Shown: in pieces, positions 29,617 through 39,936 of the stretch
Layout: each line of letters opens with the position of its first letter
How positions within the stretch are numbered: position 1 is the stretch's first letter
From: an uncultured delta proteobacterium
Lineage (GTDB): Bacteria > Myxococcota_A > Polyangia > Palsa-1104
Assembly: GCA_963785725.1 (NCBI GenBank)
Contig: CAWAWS010000004.1
Span: forward strand, 32,001-96,000
Direction of reading: 5' to 3'
Length of the DNA: 64,000 nucleotides
The notes under the pieces: model-generated
Told to the model about the DNA's origin: nothing
Database searches by the model: none
The model's input: the letters and a program-made list of their open reading frames with translations, nothing else
Position numbers and translations under genes: made by a program

Positions 29617-30875
29617 TGCTTTACCTCCCTCCGAGGCGGTCTAGCGTCGGCGCCAATGACCGCCAAGAGGCGGATGCCGACGATGTTTCGTGTGGTGGTC
29701 GGGAACTGCGTGATGTCGGTGCCGGCGGCGAACGCTCCCGGTCCCGCTTGTTGCCAACGCGTCGTGTAGTACGCGCCAATCCTGAAGTTGTTGATGACGC
29801 TGTAGTCGAGCATCGTGTCGACGGTGACGCCGTCGTACGACCAGGCGCCGGCGGGGCCGATGCCGTTGCGGAAGTAGCCGCCGCCGACGTGCGCATCGAA
29901 CTTGTCGAGCCAGTGGTAGCCAACCTGCGCGTAGACGGCGTCGGCCCACAACGCCGTGCCTGCGCCGGTCGCGCCGATGAGGTCGTGGTTGTACTGCGCC
30001 GAGGCGCGCCACGTCGGCGTATACCAACGCAGCAGGGTCGCGCCGCGCCAGGTGACGCCCGAATCGGTGGCGCCCGGAATGTTCACCGAGCCCTGCAACC
30101 GCTGGTAGAACAGCGGACCGGCGTCGGCGGTCCACTCCACGGTGCGGGTGAACTGATGGCGCCAGCCGACCGCTGGCGAGTACGACGCGCCGATGTCCCA
30201 GCGGTTGGCGTCGCCGTCTTGCGGACCGGCGGTGAAGAGCTGTCCGCGGCCGCCGAAGCGCAGATCGTCGTGGCGCGTGACGCGGTAATCGAAGGTGCCC
30301 TGAAAGTCGTGCTCGGCGCCGTCGTAGAGCGCGGGAAACTGCTCGCGGATCTGCGTGGCGTCGTACTGATCGAACTGCGCCCAGTGATAGGTGTAACCGA
30401 GGCCGCCGTAGAGCCGGCGCGTGAACTCGGCCGTCGCCGCCGCGTCCACGATGTTGTCGAAGATGCCGATCTGCGGCGCCACGACACCGAGGCGCGACAG
30501 GAAGCCGGGATCCTCGGCGCGGGCGAACTCGTCGGCCACCTTGAGCGTCGTGTGTTGGGTCGGGTGACCCTCCAGGCTCAACGCCGCGCGGTGGTTGATC
30601 GAGTTCTCGGCCTTGCCGAAGGCGTAGGTCCAATAAGCGAAGTCATAAGAGGTGTCGAGCTCGATGCGCGGATCGATCAGCCGATAGGCGAAGCTCGGCT
30701 GAATGCGATTGACGAAGTCGGGCCCGCGGCTGTTGTAGACGTTGCCGTCGTATGCGCTGTCGATTCCTGCCGACAAAGACAGCTCATTCTTGGCCTCCGC
30801 GAGCGCGGTCGACTGACCGGCCACGAACGTCGACGTGGCCAGGGCCAGCGTCGCTATGTAGCGCGCGCGGCTCAT
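29613..30875 (-). CDS. Outer-membrane beta-barrel protein (ExoB-like)
   Basis: Signal peptide, YDGNV, aromatic alternating strands; lies between OPX and co-polymerase. Confidence 0.75.
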   Translation of the reverse strand: MSRARYIATLALATSTFVAGQSTALAEAKNELSLSAGIDSAYDGNVYNSRGPDFVNRIQPSFAYRLIDPRIELDTSYDFAYWTYAFGKAENSINHRAALSLEGHPTQHTTLKVADEFARAEDPGFLSRLGVVAPQIGIFDNIVDAAATAEFTRRLYGGLGYTYHWAQFDQYDATQIREQFPALYDGAEHDFQGTFDYRVTRHDDLRFGGRGQLFTAGPQDGDANRWDIGASYSPAVGWRHQFTRTVEWTADAGPLFYQRLQGSVNIPGATDSGVTWRGATLLRWYTPTWRASAQYNHDLIGATGAGTALWADAVYAQVGYHWLDKFDAHVGGGYFRNGIGPAGAWSYDGVTVDTMLDYSVINNFRIGAYYTTRWQQAGPGAFAAGTDITQFPTTTRNIVGIRLLAVIGADARPPRREVKQ

Positions 30876-31444
30876 TAGGGCACGAAGACGGTGTCACCAG
30901 GGACGAGCTGGATGGCCTGCGCTTTACCGCTGACGACTTCGCGGTAATTGACGTTGTAGCGCGCCTCGTGCCCTTCATCACCGTGACGAATGACGACGAT
31001 GCCACCGCGGTTCGCCCACTCGGTGGGGCCGCCCGCCATCGCCAGCGCCTGCAGGACATCGGTCTCGCCGCGCACGGGGTAGGCGCCCGGGTGCGTGACT
31101 TCGCCGAGCACGAAGAACTTGGCGGCGTTGACCTCGGACACCATGACGGCGACGACGGGGTCGTTCACCATGGGCGCGAGGCGCGTCGTCACTTCCTTCT
31201 GCAGCTCCTTGGCGGTGCGGCCTTCGGCGACGACGTCACCGATCATCGGCAGCGTGATCTTGCCGTCCGGCCGCACCGGCACCTTGGCCGACAGCGCCGG
31301 GTCCTTCCAGACCTCGACGGCGACGACGTCTTCCTTGCCGAGGCGGTACTCCGCCGTCGACGCCGGAGGCGGCGGCGTGGTCGAGTGCGCGCAGCCGGCC
31401 ACGAGGCCGAATGCTGCGAGCGCATATCCAATCGTTTTGCTCAT
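30875..31444 (-). CDS. wza: Short OPX polysaccharide export lipoprotein (ExoA-like)
   Basis: Lipobox LVAGC, VRPDGKITLP, GEVTHPG, QALAMAGG, LVPGDTVFVP. Confidence 0.92.
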   Translation of the reverse strand: MSKTIGYALAAFGLVAGCAHSTTPPPPASTAEYRLGKEDVVAVEVWKDPALSAKVPVRPDGKITLPMIGDVVAEGRTAKELQKEVTTRLAPMVNDPVVAVMVSEVNAAKFFVLGEVTHPGAYPVRGETDVLQALAMAGGPTEWANRGGIVVIRHGDEGHEARYNVNYREVVSGKAQAIQLVPGDTVFVP

Positions 31445-31489
31445 GGTCGAGTTCTCCCAGGCTTGGGGTTGCTGATGGGCGGACGACAA

Positions 31490-31505
31490 AGCAGTCGCTG
31501 TGCCA
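31490..31505 (-). promoter_or_regulatory. Candidate sigma-54 promoter of the polysaccharide operon
   Basis: TGGCACAGCGACTGCT, 46 bp upstream of the OPX start. Confidence 0.7.
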
Positions 31506-31690
31506 GGCTTTCCGACCGCCCGCTCGCTCGCTCGGCGAGCAGCGATCGCCGCGATTTACGCGGCAGTCGTCGCTCGCCCATTTCGCTGTGTCGAAAGCTT
31601 TTCCGCCGCGTGGGAACGCGAAGTGCTCTGAAAGCGCCGCCGCGGCTACCGCGTTTCTCGCGGTCGGTTCGCGAGTAGACGATGTAGGGG

Positions 31691-31706
31691 TGGCACGTTG
31701 CTTGGA
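31691..31706 (+). promoter_or_regulatory. Sigma-54-like motif with variant -12
   Basis: TGGCACGTTGCTTGGA. Confidence 0.4.
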
Positions 31707-31733
31707 ATGTCCTCCCGTCGGAGGCCATGCGAA

Positions 31734-32048
31734 ATGTGGAAATCGATCGTCCTGTGCATCTCGTTGTTCGGCGGCGCGGCGATGGGGTTGGCGCTGGGCG
31801 CGAGGTTCGTGGAGGCGTCTGCGCTGCCGGCCGCGGCTGCGATTGGTCTGTGCGTGATCGGCGTGGTCTTGATCCTCGCCGCGCCCAGCAATGAAGTGTC
31901 CTTGGAGTCGACGAACGCGTTGACGCTCAACGGTGTCACGCAGCCGGTCGCGACGACGGACATCGTCGAGGTCGCGTCGAACCTGGTGCTGACGCCGCGC
32001 GTGTCGAATCGCACGCCGACGATGCCGTTTCCCGTCTTGAACGCTTAG
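31734..32048 (+). CDS. Hypothetical two-TM protein
   Basis: GGAGG upstream, two hydrophobic segments. Confidence 0.55.
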   Translation: MWKSIVLCISLFGGAAMGLALGARFVEASALPAAAAIGLCVIGVVLILAAPSNEVSLESTNALTLNGVTQPVATTDIVEVASNLVLTPRVSNRTPTMPFPVLNA

Positions 32049-32163
32049 CCCGATTCAACTTTGCGCACGATCGTGGAGCCGGAACGTCGCTCGGCTGGCG
32101 GGGCGTGCGTGCGTGTGGAAACGGGGTGCCCGCTGGGCTTGCGTGCAGATTGCGTAGTCGAGG

Positions 32164-32526
32164 CGCGCAACTTTCTGCGCGTAATCGCGATAAAGGGAGG
32201 GCGGATGGGGGGAATTCCGACGAGCCCACCATCCTCCGGAATCGATCGTCGTCACTAAGGAATCGATCGTCGTCACTAAGGAATCGACCGTCGCGACTAA
32301 GGAATCGACCGTCGCGACTAAGGAATCGATCGTCGCGACTAAGGAATCGATCGTCGCGACGGAGGAATCCATCGGTTACGACGAGGGAATCGATCATCGC
32401 GACGAAAGGAAACCGATCGTCGCGACGGAGGAATCGATCGGTTACGACGAGAAATCGAACCTCGGGAATCGATCATCGTGACAAAGAAGATCGATCGTCG
32501 CGACGAACGAAATCGATCGTCGTGAT
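32164..32526 (+). repeat. Dispersed hairpin repeat followed by a ~21-bp minisatellite
   Basis: Core GATAAAGGGAGGGCGGATGGGGGGAATTCCGACGAGCCCACCATCCTCC, then GGAATCGATCGTCGYSACTAA units at 32238, 32259, 32280, 32301, 32322, 32343, decaying to ~32525. Confidence 0.9.
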
Positions 32527-32581
32527 CGCCCAACAACTTTTCCAACCACCAACCGAACGGCGCCGCCATCCGCGCCGCGCG

Positions 32582-34358
<1,777 letters not shown>

Positions 34359-34389
34359 TCGATTTGGCTCCATTGCGGTTCCGTTGGAG

Positions 34390-34405
34390 TGCACTTCGGA
34401 TGCCA
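34390..34405 (-). promoter_or_regulatory. Candidate sigma-54 promoter of the EBP gene
   Basis: TGGCATCCGAAGTGCA. Confidence 0.6.
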
Positions 34406-34556
34406 CCTGGATGCCCTTACGTTTCCTTGCCTCGATGCCGAGCGCCGCCTCGCGCTGTGCCTGCACGCACCACTGGTAAATCGGCGATCGGCAAGCGCTG
34501 CACACCCGTGACGCGCGCGACGTACGCAGCAGGCCCGTATTCCGCTACGATACGGA

Positions 34557-34572
34557 AGGCACGCGATTCGCA
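34557..34572 (+). promoter_or_regulatory. Candidate sigma-54 promoter
   Basis: AGGCACGCGATTCGCA. Confidence 0.55.
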
Positions 34573-34611
34573 TCAACCTATCTTTCTGCAAGCCCAGACG
34601 AGGAGAGCGAC

Positions 34612-34830
34612 ATGGAGAAGACGACCGGCGGAATCAAGACGGCGAACGGCAGCATCGCGGCACACGCCGAGGATCTGAGCGAGCAGGCCATGGCGCAGAT
34701 CGATCGGTTGCGTGAGCAGGCCGGCGAAGTCTCGGAGCGCGTCGTGGGATTCATCAAGGAGCGTCCCGGCACGTCGCTGCTGATCGCGGCGGCGGCCGGT
34801 TATCTCATCGGCCGCATGCTGCGGTCGTAA
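34612..34830 (+). CDS. DUF883/ElaB/YqjD-like tail-anchored protein
   Basis: FIKERPGTSLLIAAAAGYLIGRML; SD GAGGAG. Confidence 0.8.
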   Translation: MEKTTGGIKTANGSIAAHAEDLSEQAMAQIDRLREQAGEVSERVVGFIKERPGTSLLIAAAAGYLIGRMLRS

Positions 34831-34848
34831 GCAACCTTCAACCAGGAG

Positions 34849-35109
34849 ATGGCGAACATGGATTTCAACAAGAAAGACATCTTGAGCGCGCTCGGCCTCG
34901 AGACGGAGTCGAATTTCTGGACGGCGGCGATGGCCGGCTTCGGGGTCGGCTGCCTCGTCGGCGCGGCGGTCGCGATCATGGTCGCGCCGAAGAGCGGCAA
35001 AGAGCTGCGCTCGGACCTCACCGACAAGGCGCGCGATCTCATCAACCGCGGCAAGGACGAGGTCGCCAGCCTCAACATCGGCACCAAGAGCTCATCACCG
35101 ACGTACTAA
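34849..35109 (+). CDS. YtxH-domain protein
   Basis: GCLVGAAVAIMVAPKSGKELRSDL. Confidence 0.85.
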   Translation: MANMDFNKKDILSALGLETESNFWTAAMAGFGVGCLVGAAVAIMVAPKSGKELRSDLTDKARDLINRGKDEVASLNIGTKSSSPTY

Positions 35110-35143
35110 CGGACTCATCGTCGGCAAATGACGTGGAACACGA

Positions 35144-35182
35144 AAGAGGCGGCCGGATGACTCGGTCGCCTCTTCTCGTTTT
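35144..35182 (+). terminator. Probable intrinsic terminator
   Basis: AAGAGGCGGCCG...CGGTCGCCTCTT stem followed by CTCGTTTT. Confidence 0.55.
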
Positions 35183-35200
35183 CGGAGCGTGAGCGCGGAC

Positions 35201-35410
35201 GACGCAACTTTTGCGGCGCGCGGGCGATAAAGGGAGGGCGGATGGGGGGAATTCCGACGAGCCCACCATCCTCCGGAATCGATCGTCGTGACGCTGGAAT
35301 CGATCGCTCGCGACGCTGGAATCGATCGTCGTGACGCAGGAATCGATCGCTCGCGACGCAGGAATCGATCGCTCGCGACGCTGGGCTCGATCGCTGGTAT
35401 CGATCGCCCG
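35201..35410 (+). repeat. Dispersed hairpin repeat followed by a 21-22-bp minisatellite
   Basis: Core identical to the 32.2 kb copy, then about five GGAATCGATCG(C)TCGYGACGCW units. Confidence 0.9.
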
Positions 35411-35483
35411 GCCCCGATAGCCGACCGGCCTCGATCGTCCACCGTCCACCGGCATCGATCCCCGCCGTCCACCGCGCAAAGCA

Positions 35484-35515
35484 GAAGAGGCGGCCGTTTT
35501 AACGGCCGCCTCTTC
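35484..35515 (-). terminator. Perfect hairpin downstream of the sigma factor gene
   Basis: GAAGAGGCGGCCGTT-TT-AACGGCCGCCTCTTC. Confidence 0.65.
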
Positions 35516-35534
35516 GCGAACACCCATAGTGCGA

Positions 35535-36404
35535 CTAAACGTAGCCGTCGAGGTCGGGCAGCGGCGCGTCGTCACGCACGCCACAAAAGCTGCGCAGCTT
35601 CGACTTGGCGCGCAGCTCGAGCTGACGCACGCGCTCGCGGCTGATGCCGAACTTCTTGCCCAGCGACGCCAACGTCGCCGGCCGCGAGCGCATGTGGCGC
35701 GCGCGAATGATGGCGCGCTCGCGCGGATCGAGCACCTTGAGCCCCTCGAAGAGCTGCACTTTGCGCGCGTCATCCTCTTCGAGACCGGCGACCATGTCTT
35801 CCGGCGTCGGCGCGTCTTCGGCGAGCACGCCGCCCAAGTCGCGGCGATCGTCGGGCGAGCGCGGCGCGTCGAGCGACAGATCGTGACCGGTCAGGCGCGG
35901 CGTCATCGCCTCGACGTCCTCGCGCTCGACGCCGAGCGCGCCGGCCAGCGACTCGGCGTCGGTGGCCTCGCCTTCACGCTCGAGCTTGCGCCGCGCGCGG
36001 CCGAGCCCGAAGAAGATCTTGCGCTGCGAGCGCGTCGTGCCGATGCGCACCGGCCCGTGCGAGCGCACCACATGCTCCAACATACACGCACGTATCCAGT
36101 AAGTAGCGTAGGTCGCCAGCCGCGTCGCCCGCGCCGGATCGAAGCGCCGCGCGGCGATCGTCAGGCCCAGGTTGCCCTCTTGAATGAGGTCCTCCATCGA
36201 CGGCCCCGAGTGGCGGAACTCCATGGCGATGCGAATGACGAGACCGAGGTGCGCTTGAACCATGCGCGCCAACGCCGTCTCGTCCTCCATCGTCAGCCAG
36301 CGACGGGAGAGCCGATGCTCCTCCTCAATCGACAGCGGCCCTTCGCGCGCCGGCAGCGGCATTGCCGGCTCGACTTCATGGTGCTGCCCCTGCGTCATCG
36401 ACAT
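35535..36404 (-). CDS. RpoH/sigma-32-family sigma factor (paralog 1)
   Basis: DLIQEGNLGL, RFDP, TYATYWIRA, IGTTRSQRKIFFGL (RpoH-box-like), SRERVRQLE. Confidence 0.92.
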   Translation of the reverse strand: MSMTQGQHHEVEPAMPLPAREGPLSIEEEHRLSRRWLTMEDETALARMVQAHLGLVIRIAMEFRHSGPSMEDLIQEGNLGLTIAARRFDPARATRLATYATYWIRACMLEHVVRSHGPVRIGTTRSQRKIFFGLGRARRKLEREGEATDAESLAGALGVEREDVEAMTPRLTGHDLSLDAPRSPDDRRDLGGVLAEDAPTPEDMVAGLEEDDARKVQLFEGLKVLDPRERAIIRARHMRSRPATLASLGKKFGISRERVRQLELRAKSKLRSFCGVRDDAPLPDLDGYV

Positions 36405-36425
36405 GGTGAGCGCCTCCCTGAAGAT

Positions 36426-36791
36426 TTAGTGCTGCGAGCGATCAGCGGTGCGAGTCTTGCGACGTGGCGGCGTCGGCGTCTCCGCCGGCTCTTTCCCAGA
36501 CAGCGCGTTCATCAGCAGTCCCGGTCCCACTTCGGCGATGAGCTGCTTGAGCGCGCCCCCGAACGCGAAGCGCAGCCCAATCTGCGCCAGCCGCGCCGTC
36601 GTGCGCGACACCAGCGCGCCCGACAGCACATAGCCGACACCAAACGCGATCCCCACCGACTGCAGCGGCTTGGCCTGCACGAAGCTCGTCACCGTCTCGC
36701 GCAGCTCGTTGGCCTTCTCAGTCAGCTCCTGGCGCAGCTCGTCGACATGTTCGTCGATGTTTTCGCCGGGTTGTTCCGTGCTCTTCTCCAT
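36426..36791 (-). CDS. DUF883-like protein
   Basis: FVQAKPLQSVGIAFGVGYVLSG; SD GAGGAGG. Confidence 0.65.
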   Translation of the reverse strand: MEKSTEQPGENIDEHVDELRQELTEKANELRETVTSFVQAKPLQSVGIAFGVGYVLSGALVSRTTARLAQIGLRFAFGGALKQLIAEVGPGLLMNALSGKEPAETPTPPRRKTRTADRSQH

Positions 36792-36824
36792 CGGACGAAT
36801 CCCTCCTCGGGTTCTCGGCGTCTG

Positions 36825-36840
36825 TGCAGCTTCCGTGCCC
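36825..36840 (-). promoter_or_regulatory. Candidate sigma-54 promoter for the DUF883-sigma-32 pair
   Basis: GGGCACGGAAGCTGCA. Confidence 0.6.
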
Positions 36841-37095
36841 CGTGTCAGACAGCAGCGCGCATCGAAATCACACGCTTTTATTGCCCGCCACAAACTCCGG
36901 CGTTGCAGCTTTTGCTCATGGCCTTAGATGCAGGTGTAACCAAAAAGTGCTCTCATCCACGCCGACACGGCCTTTCGCGCCGGTGCGCCCCGAAACTCCG
37001 CACAAGTTCCGGCTAGTTGAACGGTTGCAAATCCTGCCTAGGCGCTATGTGCATTTTTGGCTTGCACGCGTACCGGCAATGTTTACAACGGGCAG

Positions 37096-38517
37096 ATGGC
37101 TGAAGGCTCCGACAACGGCGCGACGGCGCTGGCCGAGTATCCCGGCCGGCCTCTGCAGGGTGCGCCCAAGAAGGTGCTGGTCGTCGACGACGAGCCGGAG
37201 ACGGCCGGCGGCTTGGCCGATATTTTACGCGAGGACGGTTACCACGTAGATGTCGTGCATTCGGCCGAGGACGCCGTCGAGAAGTTCAAGGCCGACACCT
37301 ACCACCTCTTGCTCACCGATCTACTGCTACCGGGGAAGTCAGGCGTAGAGCTGACCAAGATCGTGCACGACGCGGCGCCGGCGACGGCGATCGTGCTCAT
37401 CACCGGCCACGCGACGGTCAAGACGGCGGTCTCGGCGTTGAAGCGCGGCGCGTCCGATTACATTCGCAAGCCGGTCAATCCGAAGAAGCTGCGCGAGCGG
37501 GTGCAGAGCCTGCTCGAGGGCCGGCCCGACTATCTGCCGAACAAGATGCTGGCGGTCGGGCGCTCGGGCGTCGTGCTCTTCGAAGGCATGATGGCGCGCT
37601 CGCGCGTGATGCACAACGTGTTCGAGAAGATCAAGCTGGCGGCGCAGTCGGACGCGACGGTGCTGATCACGGGTGAGTCGGGCACGGGCAAAGAGCTGGT
37701 GGCGCGCGCGATTCACATGCGCTCCAAGCGCGCGCAAGGGCCGTTCGTGGCCGTGCACACGGGCGCGATTCCGCGCGAGCTGATCGCGTCGGAGCTGTTC
37801 GGCCACGAGCGCGGATCGTTCACCGGCGCCGTCGACAAGAAAGAGGGCAAGTTCGAGCTCGCCGACGGCGGCACCATCTTCCTCGACGAAATTTCGACGA
37901 TGGACGAGCGCACGCAGATCAACTTGCTGCGCGTGCTCGAGTCGTTCGCGTACATGCGCATCGGCGGCAAGAAGGAGCGGCAGGCGAACGTGCGCGTGGT
38001 CGCGGCCACCAATCGCGACTTGATGCAGATGTCGGAGGAGAATCAGTTCCGCGAAGATCTCTATTACCGATTGAACATTCTGCAGATCAATCTGCCGCCG
38101 GTGCGCGAGCGACGGGAAGACATCGCGCTCTTGGCGACGGAGTTCATGGCGCACTTCGCGGCCCATTATCGCAAGCCGATGCAAGTGGTGCCGGCGGAGA
38201 CGCAGCGGCTGCTCGAGGGTTATCACTGGCCCGGCAACGTTCGCGAGCTGCGCAACGTCGTCGAGCAGGCCGTGCTGTTGGCGCGCACGCCGTCGCTCGA
38301 TCCGGAGCTGTTGCCGCAGATGATTTATCGCGCCGGGCCGGTCGAGGACATCATTCGTATTCCGCTCGGGGCGACGATGCGCGACGCGGAGAAAGAGATC
38401 ATTTTGCGCACGCTCGAAGCGCGCAAAGGCAACAAGAAGATCACGGCCGAGGTGCTCGGTATCTCGCGTCGCTCGCTCTACAACAAGCTGGCCGAATACG
38501 GCCTCGACGGCAAATGA
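37096..38517 (+). CDS. Sigma-54 enhancer-binding response regulator
   Basis: REC, GESGTGKE, GSFTGA, WPGNVREL, HTH. Confidence 0.95.
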   Translation: MAEGSDNGATALAEYPGRPLQGAPKKVLVVDDEPETAGGLADILREDGYHVDVVHSAEDAVEKFKADTYHLLLTDLLLPGKSGVELTKIVHDAAPATAIVLITGHATVKTAVSALKRGASDYIRKPVNPKKLRERVQSLLEGRPDYLPNKMLAVGRSGVVLFEGMMARSRVMHNVFEKIKLAAQSDATVLITGESGTGKELVARAIHMRSKRAQGPFVAVHTGAIPRELIASELFGHERGSFTGAVDKKEGKFELADGGTIFLDEISTMDERTQINLLRVLESFAYMRIGGKKERQANVRVVAATNRDLMQMSEENQFREDLYYRLNILQINLPPVRERREDIALLATEFMAHFAAHYRKPMQVVPAETQRLLEGYHWPGNVRELRNVVEQAVLLARTPSLDPELLPQMIYRAGPVEDIIRIPLGATMRDAEKEIILRTLEARKGNKKITAEVLGISRRSLYNKLAEYGLDGK

Positions 38518-38527
38518 GAGCGCGACG

Positions 38528-39193
38528 ATGAAGGTGCACGAGCTGCAGCACCTGGCGGCGGCGATGGCGCACGAGGTGCGTAATCCGCTCAACTCGATGG
38601 CGATTCACGTCGAGCTGCTGGAGTCGCGGCTGCGCAAAGAGGGCGCGGCGCCCGAGGCGCTGAAGTCGCTCGGCGTGCTCGCCGACGAGATCGAGCGCGT
38701 CGACAAGATCTTGGAGCAATATTTGACGTTCGCCGGGCCGACGGAAGCGGCGCGCGTGACGTTGCCGGCGCGGCAAGTGCTCGACGGCGTGTTGGCGCGG
38801 CTGGCCGACGACGCGAAGGCGCGCGGCGTGACGCTGGCGCTCGAGGGCGGCGAAGGCGCGTGGGCAGTGGATGCCGAGGCGTTGACCGAGGCGCTGGTGG
38901 CGGTGGGGGAGAACGCGGTGGCGGCGTCGCCGGCGGGCTCGCAGGTGATCATCAGCGCGCGGACGGACGCCGATCGCGATCAGGCGGAGGTCACGATCGC
39001 CGACGCCGGCGCGCCCATCGCCGACGGCGATTCGGCGAAGGTGTTTCATATGGGGAGCAAGCGATCGGGCGGCGAGCTCGGGTTGACGGTGGCGAAGCAG
39101 ATCGTCAAAGGACACGGCGGGAGCATCACGGTGAAGGCGCGCGAGGGCGGGAACTTGTTTACGATTCGGCTGCCGTTGGATTTCGAGACGTAG
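38528..39193 (+). CDS. Sensor-less histidine kinase core
   Basis: AHEVRNPL near the N-terminus, HATPase with LGLTVAKQIVKGHGG. Confidence 0.85.
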   Translation: MKVHELQHLAAAMAHEVRNPLNSMAIHVELLESRLRKEGAAPEALKSLGVLADEIERVDKILEQYLTFAGPTEAARVTLPARQVLDGVLARLADDAKARGVTLALEGGEGAWAVDAEALTEALVAVGENAVAASPAGSQVIISARTDADRDQAEVTIADAGAPIADGDSAKVFHMGSKRSGGELGLTVAKQIVKGHGGSITVKAREGGNLFTIRLPLDFET

Positions 39194-39200
39194 CGTAGGC

Positions 39201-39791
39201 TCACGGCGTCGGCGCATAGTGAGCGAAGACGAAGTCGTGATCTTTGGCCGGCTGATGGCAGGGGAAGCAGGCTTGGTGTAAGGCCTCGTCGCCGGGTTTG
39301 CCGTCCTTGAAGTCAGCGAATCCCCAGCCGCCCGTCGCCGCGTACTTTTTCGAGTCCTTGACCATGAATTGAACATTCACGGCCGAGCCGACTACGAAAG
39401 ATCGCGCGCCCGGGAATTTAGCGACGAGGACTTTATCGTTGTCTGTCGCCGGGACACGCTTCCAATGGAGCGCCGCAATGATCGCGCCGTCTGGGAAGGG
39501 AATTTTGCCCTCTTTGAAGGCCTTGATCGCTATCTCGTTGCCGAGCTGGGCGCGCAGCTGGTCGAGCTTGCCGGTCGTCAGGGTGTCCACGGCGATCAAT
39601 TTCCAATCGCGGTATCCGGGCGGAATGGTGACGCCGTAGATCGGTGAGGCGTTGGCCGCACCAGGCCGTGGCTGGGGCTCCCGTGTGCTTTGCGCCGCCG
39701 ACTTCGCGATGTGCACCGCACAAACGGCGATGGCGACGCAACTGCCGAGGACACCGCAGTGTTTGAGCGCGCGCGCGGATGCGTGAAGCAT
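39201..39791 (-). CDS. Cytochrome P460/c'-beta family protein
   Basis: PPGYRDW, FPDGAII, MVKDSKKY..TGGWGF, CFPCH; start uncertain. Confidence 0.88.
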   Translation of the reverse strand: MLHASARALKHCGVLGSCVAIAVCAVHIAKSAAQSTREPQPRPGAANASPIYGVTIPPGYRDWKLIAVDTLTTGKLDQLRAQLGNEIAIKAFKEGKIPFPDGAIIAALHWKRVPATDNDKVLVAKFPGARSFVVGSAVNVQFMVKDSKKYAATGGWGFADFKDGKPGDEALHQACFPCHQPAKDHDFVFAHYAPTP

Positions 39792-39936
39792 GGCGTCTCC
39801 TCTCGCGTGGTCGCGACGAAGCGACATGGGCGCACGATCGCTGCTGTCAAGTCGACGGTGGTCGTGTGCACTGCGGCTGCGCGAGGGCGGCCGCGTCGTG
39901 CTTCTCGTCGTGACGCTGCGCTGCTGATGAACGGAC

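Noticed and set aside
9318..31444. PEP-CTERM/exosortase system
   Set aside because: Similar enzyme families are present, but no exosortase or PEP-CTERM protein is seen in the window
32238..32526. CRISPR array or repeat-protein ORFs (31936-32397, 32055-32372, 32105-33070)
   Set aside because: Contiguous 21-mers with no spacers; the frames stay open only because the period is a multiple of 3
37030..37095. Sigma-54 promoter for the EBP at 37096
   Set aside because: The GG...TGC candidates there do not have the required 10-nt spacing
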